The notes under the pieces were generated by a model that was not told the origin of the DNA, searched no databases, and worked only from the letters and a program-made list of their open reading frames with translations. Below are positions 47,513-57,982 of a stretch of 64,000 nucleotides of DNA, piece by piece (position 1 is the first letter of the stretch; every line of letters begins with the position of its first letter). The translations under genes and the position numbers were made by a program. The stretch spans positions 870-64,869 of the forward strand of contig JAKAJH010000008.1 in assembly GCA_021813905.1 (NCBI GenBank). Direction: 5' to 3'. The DNA is from Bacteroidota bacterium (GTDB taxonomy: Bacteria; Bacteroidota; Ignavibacteria; UBA10030).

Positions 47513-49543
47513 TCATCGCACAATGGCAAGTTTTCCGATCTTGCTGCCGACCGGCGATTCAACGTGATAGATGTAGATTCCGCTCTTGACGAACTGGCCA
47601 TAGTCGGTGACCTGATCCCACGAGGCGATCGCTCCCGCCCCGTCCGCCACGCGGATCGTTTTCACCAGATCGCCCCGCACCGTGTAGATCCGGATCGTGC
47701 AGGGATTCGGGATGTTGACGAACTCGATCTGATCCCCGGCTCCGGGCTGGGAGAATCCTGCGCCAATCACAAACGGATTGGGCACAGCAAGGACGTTGTC
47801 TACTGTCTGCGACGGCGCGAGCGTCGCCACGAACGGCATCGACGTCCGGTTCGCGAAGATCGACGACTCCATCGGCGGGACATTCGTGACCGTCTGAACG
47901 CCCGTCCAGCTTGCCCGTCCCGAATTGAAGGCCGTCACCGCATAGTAATATCCTTTGCCGATGTCGACCGTGGAATCGATGTAGGTGTAGAGCGATCCGG
48001 ACAGGTGCGCCGGACTCCCCTTCCACACGGTATCAAGCGCGCTCCACGGGCCGATCGGGAGATAGCCGGACCGGTACACGATGTAGCCGGCCAGGGAATT
48101 CCCTCCGTCATAGGCGTCCGGGATGCGCTCCGCGTCGGTCGTCCAGCTCAGGACGTTCGCGACCGTGCGGCCGGTCCGATTGTAGTCCACCGTGAATGCC
48201 GGGGCGGCCGGTGGATTCGGGTGCGAGTAGTTGTTGTCGAACGTGAACTGCGCCCGGGCCGCCGTCGCGTTGAACGCCTTCCGGCCATCCTGATAGATCT
48301 GCGTCGCCGTATTGTGCGCCGGATCGATGGCACGCGCATAATCCACGCCGTCGACCATCTCCGCAAGCACGATGCGGATCGAATCGCCGGGAAGGATCGT
48401 CCAGGGGCCGATCGACATCAACGACCACATGCGCGATTTCCGCATGAAGACGGTATCGAACGGACTACTCACGAAGTTGAACGCGAGACGGATGTCGCGC
48501 AGGACGCCGTACATCGGTTCCGGCAAGGCCGGAATATTCGTGAATGGACCCCGGTCCTGCGTGCTGCTGCCCGCAGACCATCCATATTGATTGATTGTGC
48601 TTGTGCGCCCCGCATTGTCCCGGGAGGAATACAGCAGCGAGAATCCTGCGATCCCGGGCGCGAGGTATTCTCCCGTCGGCGTGCCATTCACTACCGGTCC
48701 CATCGACGCCGCGTAGCCCATATCCTCGCTGATGCCGATCGTGCTCGGATCGTCGACCGCCCGGCCGAGGATGAGCCGGCGTGCGGCATCATAGATGAAC
48801 GCCGTGTTTCGGGCGCCGGGTGACAGCGAGGGGAACAGCACGGTCCACTCACGGGAATTGCAGTGAATGCCGTACGAGATCATAGCGGAGAAATCATAGA
48901 GCGTGTCCGCCACAAATCGACCGGGAGGCGCAGAGGCACGGATCTCGGGCGAGATGTTCCGGATGACATACTCCACGATGATGTAGTTCTCATCGGTCTT
49001 CGAGCCGCTCCACTGATGCACCGTGCGCGTCACCCGGATCGGAAGCATCCGCTTGTACATCTCTTCATTGTTGTCGGTGTAGTTCTTGTTGTATTCCCAG
49101 ACGGTCCGAAACGCCTGCTCGCCGGCATGGTCATCGGCCTGCACCCAGAAGTTGCCGCCGTTCGGGTACAGTTCCTTGTTCGTGGTCACCACGTATTTCG
49201 CGTTCGCGCCGTCCGAGATCGATCCGGCGTACATCGCCCAGTCATCGACCGTGATGACGCTGTCGGGACTCCACTTCGCGCCGACGTACAGACCGCCCGA
49301 GACGAGATAGGACGCCGATCCGCCGATGTTCTCGCTGATGAGCGTCGGGTCGAATCCCGGCCAGTCCAGACCAACCCCTTTCGTCGACCAGTCACTGAAC
49401 GGCGGTCCGGACTTGCCGTAGCTGAAGGTCTCCCACAGTTTTCCCCGGTTCAGGATCATCAGGGAGGATGCCTCGACCTGGCCGAAGGCCTCCATGATCC
49501 CTCCGAAGAGGAGCAACGCAAGCAGAGACACCCGAGTGCTCAT
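47513..49543 (-). CDS. secreted FN3-domain protein with divergent T9SS/FlgD-Ig-like C-terminal domain (paralog of 20382-22535)
   Basis: Track ORF to 49768. Start moved to MSTRVSLLALLLFGGIMEAFGQ, a signal peptide. C-terminal VPNPFVIGAGFSQPGAGDQIEFVNIPNPCTIRIYTVRGDLVKTI...SGIYIYHV...GKLAIVR parallels the C-terminus of the other copy. Confidence 0.6.
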   Translation of the reverse strand: MSTRVSLLALLLFGGIMEAFGQVEASSLMILNRGKLWETFSYGKSGPPFSDWSTKGVGLDWPGFDPTLISENIGGSASYLVSGGLYVGAKWSPDSVITVDDWAMYAGSISDGANAKYVVTTNKELYPNGGNFWVQADDHAGEQAFRTVWEYNKNYTDNNEEMYKRMLPIRVTRTVHQWSGSKTDENYIIVEYVIRNISPEIRASAPPGRFVADTLYDFSAMISYGIHCNSREWTVLFPSLSPGARNTAFIYDAARRLILGRAVDDPSTIGISEDMGYAASMGPVVNGTPTGEYLAPGIAGFSLLYSSRDNAGRTSTINQYGWSAGSSTQDRGPFTNIPALPEPMYGVLRDIRLAFNFVSSPFDTVFMRKSRMWSLMSIGPWTILPGDSIRIVLAEMVDGVDYARAIDPAHNTATQIYQDGRKAFNATAARAQFTFDNNYSHPNPPAAPAFTVDYNRTGRTVANVLSWTTDAERIPDAYDGGNSLAGYIVYRSGYLPIGPWSALDTVWKGSPAHLSGSLYTYIDSTVDIGKGYYYAVTAFNSGRASWTGVQTVTNVPPMESSIFANRTSMPFVATLAPSQTVDNVLAVPNPFVIGAGFSQPGAGDQIEFVNIPNPCTIRIYTVRGDLVKTIRVADGAGAIASWDQVTDYGQFVKSGIYIYHVESPVGSKIGKLAIVR

Positions 49544-49593
49544 CGATATCCTCGCAAAACGTCTGTGGGTCGCGTCAAGGGCATCCGTCCCGC

Positions 49594-52581
49594 TCAGTTG
49601 AATCCGAGGCCGAGCGTAAAGAAGATCTGGCGCGGGATGTTCCGGTATGCCGCATAGGATGCCACGACGTAATCCCGGCGCAACGGATTGTCCGCCGGAT
49701 CGGCAATGGTCACGCCTTTCTGGACCCACGCCTGAAGATCTTCCGCGTTGGCCGGCGGGGTCAGCCACTTGTTGTCGAACAGATTCATGATCCGCACGCC
49801 GAAAATAAGCCGTTCCGAGCCGATCTCAATCGTACGTGTAAAGTTGAGGTCCACGCTTGATTCCAGCGGATACCGCCGATTGTACACGGCATCCCGCAGC
49901 GAGAAGTCGGTGATGTAGGTATAGGGCGTTCCGGACTGAGCGGAATACGTCATGCTCAGGATCGAGTTCTCCAGCAGCCGGATGTGGGCGATGGATGGCC
50001 CCTCATTCGCCCCCCACGCGTACTGCACCAACGCACGAAAGTTGTGCGTCCGGTCCCACGGCGCGAGGAACTCGCCGGTGTAATTGCGGGTCGAGTAGTT
50101 CCGGGAGTTGTCCGGATAGACCGTATTCGAGCCGTAGTTGCCGGCGGTCGTCTGCGACAGGCTGTAGCTCAGGCGGTACGACCAATGCTCCGTGTGGACA
50201 GTCTCAAACGTCGCCTCGAATCCGATGGTCGATCCGAATGCGTTGTTCGCGTAGCTCGAGTAGAAATAGAGAGGGACGTTATTGCCGGAGAATCCGGCGA
50301 AATGGTTGATGGAGCCCGTGTACGACGCGACGCTCTGCGAGCCGATCTGCGTGGTCCGATCATTGTAATAGAGGACGAAATCGGATCGATACGCGTCACC
50401 GATCGCCTGCTGCAGTCCGAATTCGTAGTTGATCGTCTTCTTCGGGTCGAGGTCGGGGTTGCCGATACCGTTCCAGCCCTTCCAGGTCATGTTGGAAAAT
50501 GCCTGCGCGAAGGTCGGCATCGACGCGAAGTGGCCGTACTGAATGCGCAGCGCCGTACTGGTTCCGACAGGAAACGAGATCCCGAGGCGCGGCTGCACCA
50601 TGTACTTCGTCTGCGACCAGACCGTGTTCGGATTTCCCGGATTAGAGGGACCGTCGGTGCCGGGGTAGAGATAGCTGAACGGGTCGGCGGGAACGCGCGC
50701 CTGGAAATTGTACGCCTCGACGCGCAATCCCACATTCGCGATGAGCCCGGAGTATTCCATCTTGTCCTGCACGTACGCCGACACGTCGATCGGGTAGCCG
50801 CGGTAGTACTCCGCGAATCCGTTCCGGGCGGCGTACGAATTGGCCTGATAGCTCCCGTACACGCCGTTGTCGAGCATGTCGTAGTAGTGCACGCCGAGGC
50901 CGGCCTTGATGAAATTCGATTCGGTGATCTGGTTGGCGTAGTCCGCGCGCAGGCTGTACGTCTCCGTGCGGCTGTCCTGGTACCAGTTCGTGCTCACCCG
51001 CTCGAGCGACGTGAAGTAATTATCGTCCCACCACGTACCGGCGCGCAGCACCGACCCCGACGGATCGTAGAGGCTGTCGAGGCGATCCACCATCTGGCTG
51101 TAGCCCGGCAGATACCGGTACGGCAGCTCGTAGCGTTCGCTCTGGTGCGCCAGCGTGACGTCGAGATACGAACTGACGTTGAATGAGTGCACCCAGTTGA
51201 CCGATTGCGTGATCGTCCGCTCGGTCCGCACGGGATCGAAATTGATATCGTACTTCCGCGACTGATTCGGCGGCGAACCGCTCAATCCCGAATAGCGGAT
51301 GTCGTCCGAGCCGTCCCACAGCCCGCCGACGTATTCCTGGTAATTCCCCATGAAGCGGAGCTTGTTGTTCGGGATGGGATTGTACGTGACGCTCACCAGG
51401 TAATTCTGCGAGATCTGCGTTCGCTCGGGAGACGGAAGCCGGGTCGGATTGCTCTTGTACTCTCCGGAGAGATAGAATTTGAGGACGTTGGGATCGGGGC
51501 CCAGCGGGCCGCCAAAGCCGAACAGGTACCGCTGATACGCATAGGTCCGGTAATCGTAGACGCCGAGCACATTGTTGTCGCCCGGCTCGTGGTTCTTCAC
51601 CCACACGTCGTGCGCCCAGGCGATCTCCCGGTCGACGATCTGATTGTACTTCACGCTGTCCGTCGCTTTCACGCCGGCGTACCGGACGGGCAAGCCCAGC
51701 TCATTGGCGATGTTGTCCCGGTTCGCCATCCACTTGTCGAGCGTTCCCCACTTCTGCCATTCATAATTCGAATGGTCATAGAGGTACGCGCCCCAGTGGT
51801 ACTGCCCCGGCGGACGGTACTCGACGCGGAATTCTCCGCTGAGCTTCGGCGTCCCTTCCTTCAGCGCCACCTTCACGACGCCGGCCTGGGCGTTACCGTA
51901 CTCCGCCGAGAATCCGCCGGTGATCAGCTCCATCTGCTGCACGCCGAGCGGATTCACATCGAACTTCCACGAATTGTTCGCCTTGTCCGCGCCGAATTCT
52001 CCCGGCGCGCTGGTGTTTGACGTCAGCTGCTGCACGCCGTTGATCTGAAAGTTCAGCTCGTACGCCCCGGATCCGCGGACGGAGTACTCGCCCGACGCGC
52101 TCTTCTGGAAGCCGGCGTAGAGATCCATGGCGCCGCGCAATCCCTCGATCGGCGCCGCGGCGATCTGCGCGTCATCCAGTGTCGTCGACGTGGAGGTCCG
52201 ATCCTTGACGACGGGCGGCTTGGCGGCTACGACCACGACCTGGTCCATCTGGATGGAGGATTCGCGGAGCTGGAAGTCCGCCGTCGTGGTCCGGTCGATG
52301 TAGATTTCCACATTCTCCTGCACGACCGCGGTGTACCCGAGAAATGTCGCGCGCACCGAGTACCGGCCCGGCGGAACGTTCAGGACCGTATACCGGCCGT
52401 TGATGTCGGTCGCCGCCCCCATGTTCGTCCCGACGATGACGACGTTGACGCCGGCGAGCGGTTCCCGGTTCGAGGCGTCACTCACGATGCCGACGAGCTT
52501 GCCCGACTGTCCGAGCGCGATGCCGGTCAGTATCGGAAGGGCGAGCAGGGCCGCAACCAGACTGCGAAGCATGGTGTGCAT
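49594..52581 (-). CDS. TonB-dependent receptor with N-terminal carboxypeptidase-regulatory-like domain (second copy)
   Basis: Track ORF to 52665. Start moved to MHTMLRSLVAALLALPILTGIALGQ. CarbopepD_reg (GKLVGIVSDASNREPLAGVNVVIVGTNMGAATDINGRYTVLNVPPGRYSV), a plug and a long barrel ending ...TLGLGFN. Confidence 0.9.
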   Translation of the reverse strand: MHTMLRSLVAALLALPILTGIALGQSGKLVGIVSDASNREPLAGVNVVIVGTNMGAATDINGRYTVLNVPPGRYSVRATFLGYTAVVQENVEIYIDRTTTADFQLRESSIQMDQVVVVAAKPPVVKDRTSTSTTLDDAQIAAAPIEGLRGAMDLYAGFQKSASGEYSVRGSGAYELNFQINGVQQLTSNTSAPGEFGADKANNSWKFDVNPLGVQQMELITGGFSAEYGNAQAGVVKVALKEGTPKLSGEFRVEYRPPGQYHWGAYLYDHSNYEWQKWGTLDKWMANRDNIANELGLPVRYAGVKATDSVKYNQIVDREIAWAHDVWVKNHEPGDNNVLGVYDYRTYAYQRYLFGFGGPLGPDPNVLKFYLSGEYKSNPTRLPSPERTQISQNYLVSVTYNPIPNNKLRFMGNYQEYVGGLWDGSDDIRYSGLSGSPPNQSRKYDINFDPVRTERTITQSVNWVHSFNVSSYLDVTLAHQSERYELPYRYLPGYSQMVDRLDSLYDPSGSVLRAGTWWDDNYFTSLERVSTNWYQDSRTETYSLRADYANQITESNFIKAGLGVHYYDMLDNGVYGSYQANSYAARNGFAEYYRGYPIDVSAYVQDKMEYSGLIANVGLRVEAYNFQARVPADPFSYLYPGTDGPSNPGNPNTVWSQTKYMVQPRLGISFPVGTSTALRIQYGHFASMPTFAQAFSNMTWKGWNGIGNPDLDPKKTINYEFGLQQAIGDAYRSDFVLYYNDRTTQIGSQSVASYTGSINHFAGFSGNNVPLYFYSSYANNAFGSTIGFEATFETVHTEHWSYRLSYSLSQTTAGNYGSNTVYPDNSRNYSTRNYTGEFLAPWDRTHNFRALVQYAWGANEGPSIAHIRLLENSILSMTYSAQSGTPYTYITDFSLRDAVYNRRYPLESSVDLNFTRTIEIGSERLIFGVRIMNLFDNKWLTPPANAEDLQAWVQKGVTIADPADNPLRRDYVVASYAAYRNIPRQIFFTLGLGFN

Positions 52582-52677
52582 AGGGATTCTGTATCGGTCA
52601 ACGGACGTCACGAGCGGCGATCCTGTGCGGTACCGCCGGCGTCGTGCGTGCACGGCCGGCGGCACCGGGCAGAGGAG

Positions 52678-54117
52678 TTATTTCATCAGCACCATCTTCC
52701 GCGTGATACGCGCGGACGGTGTCATCAGCGTGTAGAAGTACACCCCGCTCGGGTACTGGTCGCCGCGGAACACTTCCGCATGCGGCCCGGCCGGGAGTGT
52801 CCCATCGACCAGGGTCGTCACCTCCCGTCCAAGAAGATCCGTCACCACCAGGCGCACGGGGACCGCGGAGGAGAGCGTGAACGAAATGATGGTCGAGGGA
52901 TTGAACGGATTGGGATAATTCTGGCGAAGCGAGAAATCGAGCGGCCGGTGAACATCGGGTCCGACGCTCGTCGTCCCGTTCGTGAATTTCCAGGCGCAGC
53001 GGGCATAGCGGTCGATCACGTAGATCGTGCCGCCGTCCTTCGTCACCGCGACGTCACTCGGTGCAAGCATCGGCGCCCCGTTCGGCGAGGGAACATCCGT
53101 GCTGTTCTGGCTCGGCAGGTCGTACGTCGCGAGCGCGTTGATGCCGTCCACGGTGAATCCTTTTACCCATCGCCGCGTGGAGTCAACCCCGGCGACCCAG
53201 AGCGTTCCCGACGTATCGACGGTGATGCCGTACGGGAAGTACTCGATGAATGCCAGGAAGCCGTCGAAATCGGTGATTCGGGAGGGCGTGTACTGGATCG
53301 GCTGCACCTGCGTCCCGCCGGTCCAGACGGCGATGCCGCCCGTAATCTGCGTCCCGGAGATTGAGTTGCGGGAAGTGTAGAACGGCGTGGACTTGGCATA
53401 GTAGTCCCCGTTCGGGACCAGCGCGACGTCGCGGATCAGGTCCAGACCGCTGGTCTGCGGTCCGCCCGGCTCCGTCGCATTGCTGAAGATTGTATTGTTC
53501 GTCGTGTCGGGCAGATTCCATGATCCACGGGCGGATTTCTTGAAGGTGTATCCCCAATTATACCAGCGCACGGACGTGCCAAAATCGATCCCTGCGATCA
53601 GCATCGAATCGCACGACATGTCGGCGCCGTTGATGAAGGATCCGTACCCGGAGCCGGCGATATTGAAGCCGAACCGCTCCACCTGGTTCGTGTCGGCATT
53701 GGTGTAGTAGTACGCCGCGGCCAGCGTGTTCGGCTTCGTCTTCGGATACGGTTGCGAGGCCGTGATGATCACGTCATTCTTCAGCGTCGTGATCCCGCGC
53801 AACGCGCCGATGTTGCCGCTGGTCGTGTCGGAATCCCCGTTCAGGTCGTAGTCGATGAACTTCGAGAAGACGGTGTCGCCCGGATTGGCATAGTAGATGG
53901 CGTTGTGGGCTTTCGGATCGTCGACTTTCGCCGAGATTACGTAGAGCCGGCCATTCTGATCCAGCGTACAGAGGTAGGGACGGGCAGCGATGCTGTCCGC
54001 CACGGGAAAGACGATCCGTCCGACGTACGACCACGGATTCGTCTGGGCGAATCCCGCCGACAGACCGAGGATAAGTGCAACAACGGTCAGCGCTGTGCTG
54101 TATCGTGCGTTCTTCAT
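52678..54117 (-). CDS. secreted beta-propeller-like hypothetical protein with T9SS C-terminal domain
   Basis: 479 aa with a signal peptide. Repeated G(T)LYVI/GTLWVAG/GTIYVID strand motifs. CTD RQNYPNPFNPSTIISFTL...GVYFYTLM...RKMVLMK. Confidence 0.7.
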   Translation of the reverse strand: MKNARYSTALTVVALILGLSAGFAQTNPWSYVGRIVFPVADSIAARPYLCTLDQNGRLYVISAKVDDPKAHNAIYYANPGDTVFSKFIDYDLNGDSDTTSGNIGALRGITTLKNDVIITASQPYPKTKPNTLAAAYYYTNADTNQVERFGFNIAGSGYGSFINGADMSCDSMLIAGIDFGTSVRWYNWGYTFKKSARGSWNLPDTTNNTIFSNATEPGGPQTSGLDLIRDVALVPNGDYYAKSTPFYTSRNSISGTQITGGIAVWTGGTQVQPIQYTPSRITDFDGFLAFIEYFPYGITVDTSGTLWVAGVDSTRRWVKGFTVDGINALATYDLPSQNSTDVPSPNGAPMLAPSDVAVTKDGGTIYVIDRYARCAWKFTNGTTSVGPDVHRPLDFSLRQNYPNPFNPSTIISFTLSSAVPVRLVVTDLLGREVTTLVDGTLPAGPHAEVFRGDQYPSGVYFYTLMTPSARITRKMVLMK

Positions 54118-54210
54118 GGCACACTCATTCTAGTGGGTTGATGGATACTGGTCGTCGATCGACGGGCAGCGGCGAACCCTCGGCACTCCGCACTCGCTCG
54201 CGCGCCCGTT

Positions 54211-55425
54211 CTACCGGGGAGCGGGCTCCGCCGACTCGCGGGTCGGGCGGAACAGATCAAACAGGACGTGTCCTACACTGCCGAGCAACACACCGTCTTC
54301 TTTCAACGCTGAGGCGGCGATCCTCACCGCGTTGGCCGGCACCGGCAGGATATCGCTCTTCACCTTCAGCTGAACCACATTCACGAGTTGTTCCGAACGC
54401 CAGAACAGGTCCCCGCCAAGGATGACGATTTCCGGATTCAGCATGTTCACGAGTGCGATGCTGAGCGAACCAATCACATCGCCAATCTCGCCAAGCAGTT
54501 GCTCCGCCCGCTTCTCTTTGCGCGCCAACCGTGCCATCAGATCGTCCGTGGATGACGTGGCGGCCCGCGCTCCGCCGAGCGCACGCAGAATGTTTGACTC
54601 GGAAAGCAGTTCGCCGATATCATGCTGGCCGTTGTAGAGCAGCGGCGTGCCCGACCGTCCGAGGGATGGCACCACGCCGTTATAGCCGATCTCTCCGGCG
54701 CTGGACGTGAAGCCGTGATGCAGGCGGCCGCCGATGACGAGACCGGCGCCGATGCCGTCGCCCAGCCAGAGATACACAGCATCCCGCACATGACGGCCGG
54801 AGCCGAAGATCAGCTCTCCAAGGGTACGTGCCTTGACATCATTCTCGATAAAGATGGGGAGGTCAAATTCTTTTCTCAGTTCCGCCGCGATGTCGAACCC
54901 CGCCCAGCCCTGGAGCGTATCGGCGACCCTGATCACGCCCGTGTCGCGGTCGATCACGCCGGGAAGTCCGATGCCGATACCCACGGCCTTCTGATGAATG
55001 TCTTTGGATTGCGCTTCGAGGTCGTGCAGTGCGGTGATCAGATTCTTCAGGACGCGCTTGGGGGGAGTACCGGCGGGATACGCGAAGGAGGAACGTCGCA
55101 GGATGGTTGCATCGAGATTCGTGACCGCCACGTCGGTTCGTGTGCGCTCAATATCGATGCCGAACACGCACGCCGCGCCGGGATTGAATTCGAGAAGTTC
55201 GCGTTTGCGGCCACCGCGGCTTCCTGCCGGTCCCTGGCCCACCGGAACGAGGAATCCCGAATCCACGAGGCGTCCAGCGATTTCGGAGACGGTCGCTTTG
55301 GAAAGTCGGGTGCGATTTGCAATCTCGATGCGGGAAATCCGTCGCGCTTCGCGCACCATGCGCAGCACGCGATTGGTGTTCGGTTCCGCCGCATACTCGC
55401 TCGTTCGTCGGAGCTCGCGCAGCAT
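54211..55425 (-). CDS. ROK family transcriptional regulator (NagC/XylR-like)
   Basis: 404 aa. N-terminal HTH (ISRIEIANRTRLSKATVSEIAGRLVDSGFL). The ROK sugar-kinase-like fold has GIGIGLPGVID and ENDVKARTLGE. Confidence 0.85.
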   Translation of the reverse strand: MLRELRRTSEYAAEPNTNRVLRMVREARRISRIEIANRTRLSKATVSEIAGRLVDSGFLVPVGQGPAGSRGGRKRELLEFNPGAACVFGIDIERTRTDVAVTNLDATILRRSSFAYPAGTPPKRVLKNLITALHDLEAQSKDIHQKAVGIGIGLPGVIDRDTGVIRVADTLQGWAGFDIAAELRKEFDLPIFIENDVKARTLGELIFGSGRHVRDAVYLWLGDGIGAGLVIGGRLHHGFTSSAGEIGYNGVVPSLGRSGTPLLYNGQHDIGELLSESNILRALGGARAATSSTDDLMARLARKEKRAEQLLGEIGDVIGSLSIALVNMLNPEIVILGGDLFWRSEQLVNVVQLKVKSDILPVPANAVRIAASALKEDGVLLGSVGHVLFDLFRPTRESAEPAPR

Positions 55426-55470
55426 CGGGTGTGAGTCCCTGGATTCGGACCGCCGGTGAAGGTTGGTTTG

Positions 55471-55492
55471 TTCGGTTAACGAACTAACCGAA
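55471..55492. promoter_or_regulatory. AT-richer imperfect palindrome upstream of the ROK regulator (candidate operator)
   Basis: TTCGGTTAacgaacTAACCGAA: 8-bp perfect arms with a 6-nt spacer, about 45 nt upstream of the ROK start in a 505-bp divergent intergenic region. Confidence 0.3.
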
Positions 55493-55930
55493 TCTACCTC
55501 TTTGCAACTCCTTTGTCAAGTACAAAATGGCCAAAACACAACAGAATAGACATTACCGGTTACGTCAAAAACGCCCGCAAACGCCCCCCGCTTTCTCCCC
55601 CTCGCCGCGCAGGCAGCGCACCCCCGAAGACGCTTCGGAGACCAGGCCGATCATCCGGCGCCGAACTCTCCGCCTCCGGTCCGCAGCGTCTCTCAGGATA
55701 AAACGCCCGACGAACGACACGTTCACTACGAAGAGTTGTCCCTCTGCCAATCACTCCGACTCATCCGCACGTTACCGCCGCATCGCCTTCCGGCTCCCAA
55801 CCGGCGACGTCCCTGCGCCTCACTGATCGCACGCCGGATGTATTCCCTTCGCATTCTTTGCCGCTGCTCGCCTCAGATTGCGCCTCCGCTCTCTTCTTTC
55901 TACCTTGCTCCCCATTGGAATCCACCCGCG

Positions 55931-57979
55931 ATGAAGAAGATCCTCCTGCTCATTCTGCTGACGTCTTCCGGCGTGTACGCTCAGACCGCGTACCATGCCG
56001 TCCTCTTTGACGGCAGTGCGGCCACTCCCTGGGTCAGGTTGATGGCCATGACATTGGCCGGCATCGTCAATCGTGATTCCGCGCGTCTCTATCTGCAGAA
56101 TGTGTACGAGCCCTGGAGCGACAACCAGACCGACGAGCGCTGGGCCACCATCTACCGTACACGCGGCAATGTCACATTCGACGTAGTCACCTCCGACACG
56201 GTGCTCGTCAACCGCTTTCGCTCGTTCATCCGCGGCGGCATTCGCTACGATTACTCCCGATACTTCGGCAACTTTCCGGGACAGACGTTCATGTGGCAGG
56301 GAGAATATGCCGCACTCATCGGCGGACTGACCGATCGCCTGCCATTGACCATGAACCAGTGGGTGCGCTATCGACTGCCGATTGACGATTCTGTGCTGGT
56401 CACCGACGCATTCGACGGAGACTCCGCCGCCTGGGTGCCGGGCAAGCTTGACACCGCGTCGCTCGCGTGGAACAATCCATCGCTCCTCACCGAAGAGAGC
56501 CGCTACCTCACGCTCCTCGACTGGGGCATCCGCACGCTCCTCCCGCGCTGTAATCCCCGCGAGGGGTACATCCGTGAGATCACGGATTTCACCGTCCAGC
56601 GTCGGATGTTCCAGCTCAACCTTGCCGGCACCAGCGACCTGAAGATCGATTCCATTCCGGCAGCCCGCTTCGATCTCATCGAGCGCATGGTGACCTTCCT
56701 TCACGCGCAGAATCCCTCCTCGATCGTTCATCTCTACGGATGGGTCCAGCCGGAAGCGCTCGTCCAGTGGCTGGCCTATTTCGGCGCAAGCTTCCATGAA
56801 ACGCTGCTGGCGAATCTTTCCTGGCATGATACCTTTCCCGCGGCGGTGCGATCGTTCGCTCCACCATCGCAGGTCTGTCCGGACACGGTGCAGGTGCGCG
56901 ACAAGTATTACCTTCTCTTCCTCAGCTCGGAGGGCGACGCCTCCAACTGGGTCTTCTCGCTCCAGTCAGGCGCGTGGCTTTCTCCGAAACGCGGGACGGT
57001 ACCCATGGGCTGGGGCTGGAATCTCCATCTGCTCAGCCTCTGTCCGTTCGTCGCCGGCTATTACTACGACACGGCCACACCGAACGACGGCTTCGTCAGC
57101 GTCCTCACGCCGCTGGGCTACTCCTATCCGGACTATTGGCAAGACGACGTCTTCCAGTCGGCCGTCGACTCATCCCGGGACCTGATGCAGCGTTTCGGCG
57201 TTTCCGTGATCTACGGGTACAAGCATTACGAAGGAAGCGGCGCGAAGACCTACCGCGGAAAGCTCATCACCGACGATTTTCAGATCGACCGGTACGCCCT
57301 CTTCCAGAATGCCATCGGGGCGTCCGCCACTCTGTTCTTCAATTCAAGTCCCGCGTCGCACGTCCCGACCGTGTATCAGCAGGCGCTTCTGTTCAACCAC
57401 AAGACGGATGGCACATTCTACGCCGATGTCCATGACCTTTCGGCAACCGCCACCCGCCTGGTACAGTTGATCCAGACACTCCCCCGGCCCGGATTCCTGC
57501 TTGCCGGCTATCAGCGGTTCCGGAGCGATAACATCGCGCCCGGATCGATGGGCACGGAGGACCTGACCGTGAGCCGGCTGGACAGCCTGGTGCGTCTGAT
57601 CAAGTCCGACCCGACGGTCGGGGCCGACGTCGAGGTGGTGACGTCGGAGTACTTCGCCGCGCTGATGCGAACTTCTCTGGGAATGACCCCTGTGCACCCG
57701 GATGCCGTTCCGCCGTCGCGCTTTGTGCTTCGTCCGAATTACCCGAATCCGTTCAATCCCTCCACGCTCATTTCCGTGGAGGTGCCCGTCGGAGGGCTCG
57801 TGTCCGTCACCATTCACGATCTCCTCGGGCGCACGGTCGCTGTGCTGCAGAACGGCCCGCTCCAGCCTGGAGTCCACCGATTCCGGTGGGATGCTTCCGG
57901 CGCATCCAGCGGCGTGTACTTCTGCCGCGCAACCGCCGGCGGGACGACCACCACCCGACGCATGATGCTCATCCGGTAA
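55931..57979 (+). CDS. secreted putative glycoside hydrolase (GxGYxYP-like motif) with T9SS C-terminal domain
   Basis: The track ORF starts at 55736. I chose ATG MKKILLLILLTSSGVYAQ, a signal peptide. It contains PLGYSYPDYW (GxGYxYP-like). CTD RPNYPNPFNPSTLISVEVP...GVYFCRAT...RMMLIR. Confidence 0.6.
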   Translation: MKKILLLILLTSSGVYAQTAYHAVLFDGSAATPWVRLMAMTLAGIVNRDSARLYLQNVYEPWSDNQTDERWATIYRTRGNVTFDVVTSDTVLVNRFRSFIRGGIRYDYSRYFGNFPGQTFMWQGEYAALIGGLTDRLPLTMNQWVRYRLPIDDSVLVTDAFDGDSAAWVPGKLDTASLAWNNPSLLTEESRYLTLLDWGIRTLLPRCNPREGYIREITDFTVQRRMFQLNLAGTSDLKIDSIPAARFDLIERMVTFLHAQNPSSIVHLYGWVQPEALVQWLAYFGASFHETLLANLSWHDTFPAAVRSFAPPSQVCPDTVQVRDKYYLLFLSSEGDASNWVFSLQSGAWLSPKRGTVPMGWGWNLHLLSLCPFVAGYYYDTATPNDGFVSVLTPLGYSYPDYWQDDVFQSAVDSSRDLMQRFGVSVIYGYKHYEGSGAKTYRGKLITDDFQIDRYALFQNAIGASATLFFNSSPASHVPTVYQQALLFNHKTDGTFYADVHDLSATATRLVQLIQTLPRPGFLLAGYQRFRSDNIAPGSMGTEDLTVSRLDSLVRLIKSDPTVGADVEVVTSEYFAALMRTSLGMTPVHPDAVPPSRFVLRPNYPNPFNPSTLISVEVPVGGLVSVTIHDLLGRTVAVLQNGPLQPGVHRFRWDASGASSGVYFCRATAGGTTTTRRMMLIR

Positions 57980-57982
57980 TCC

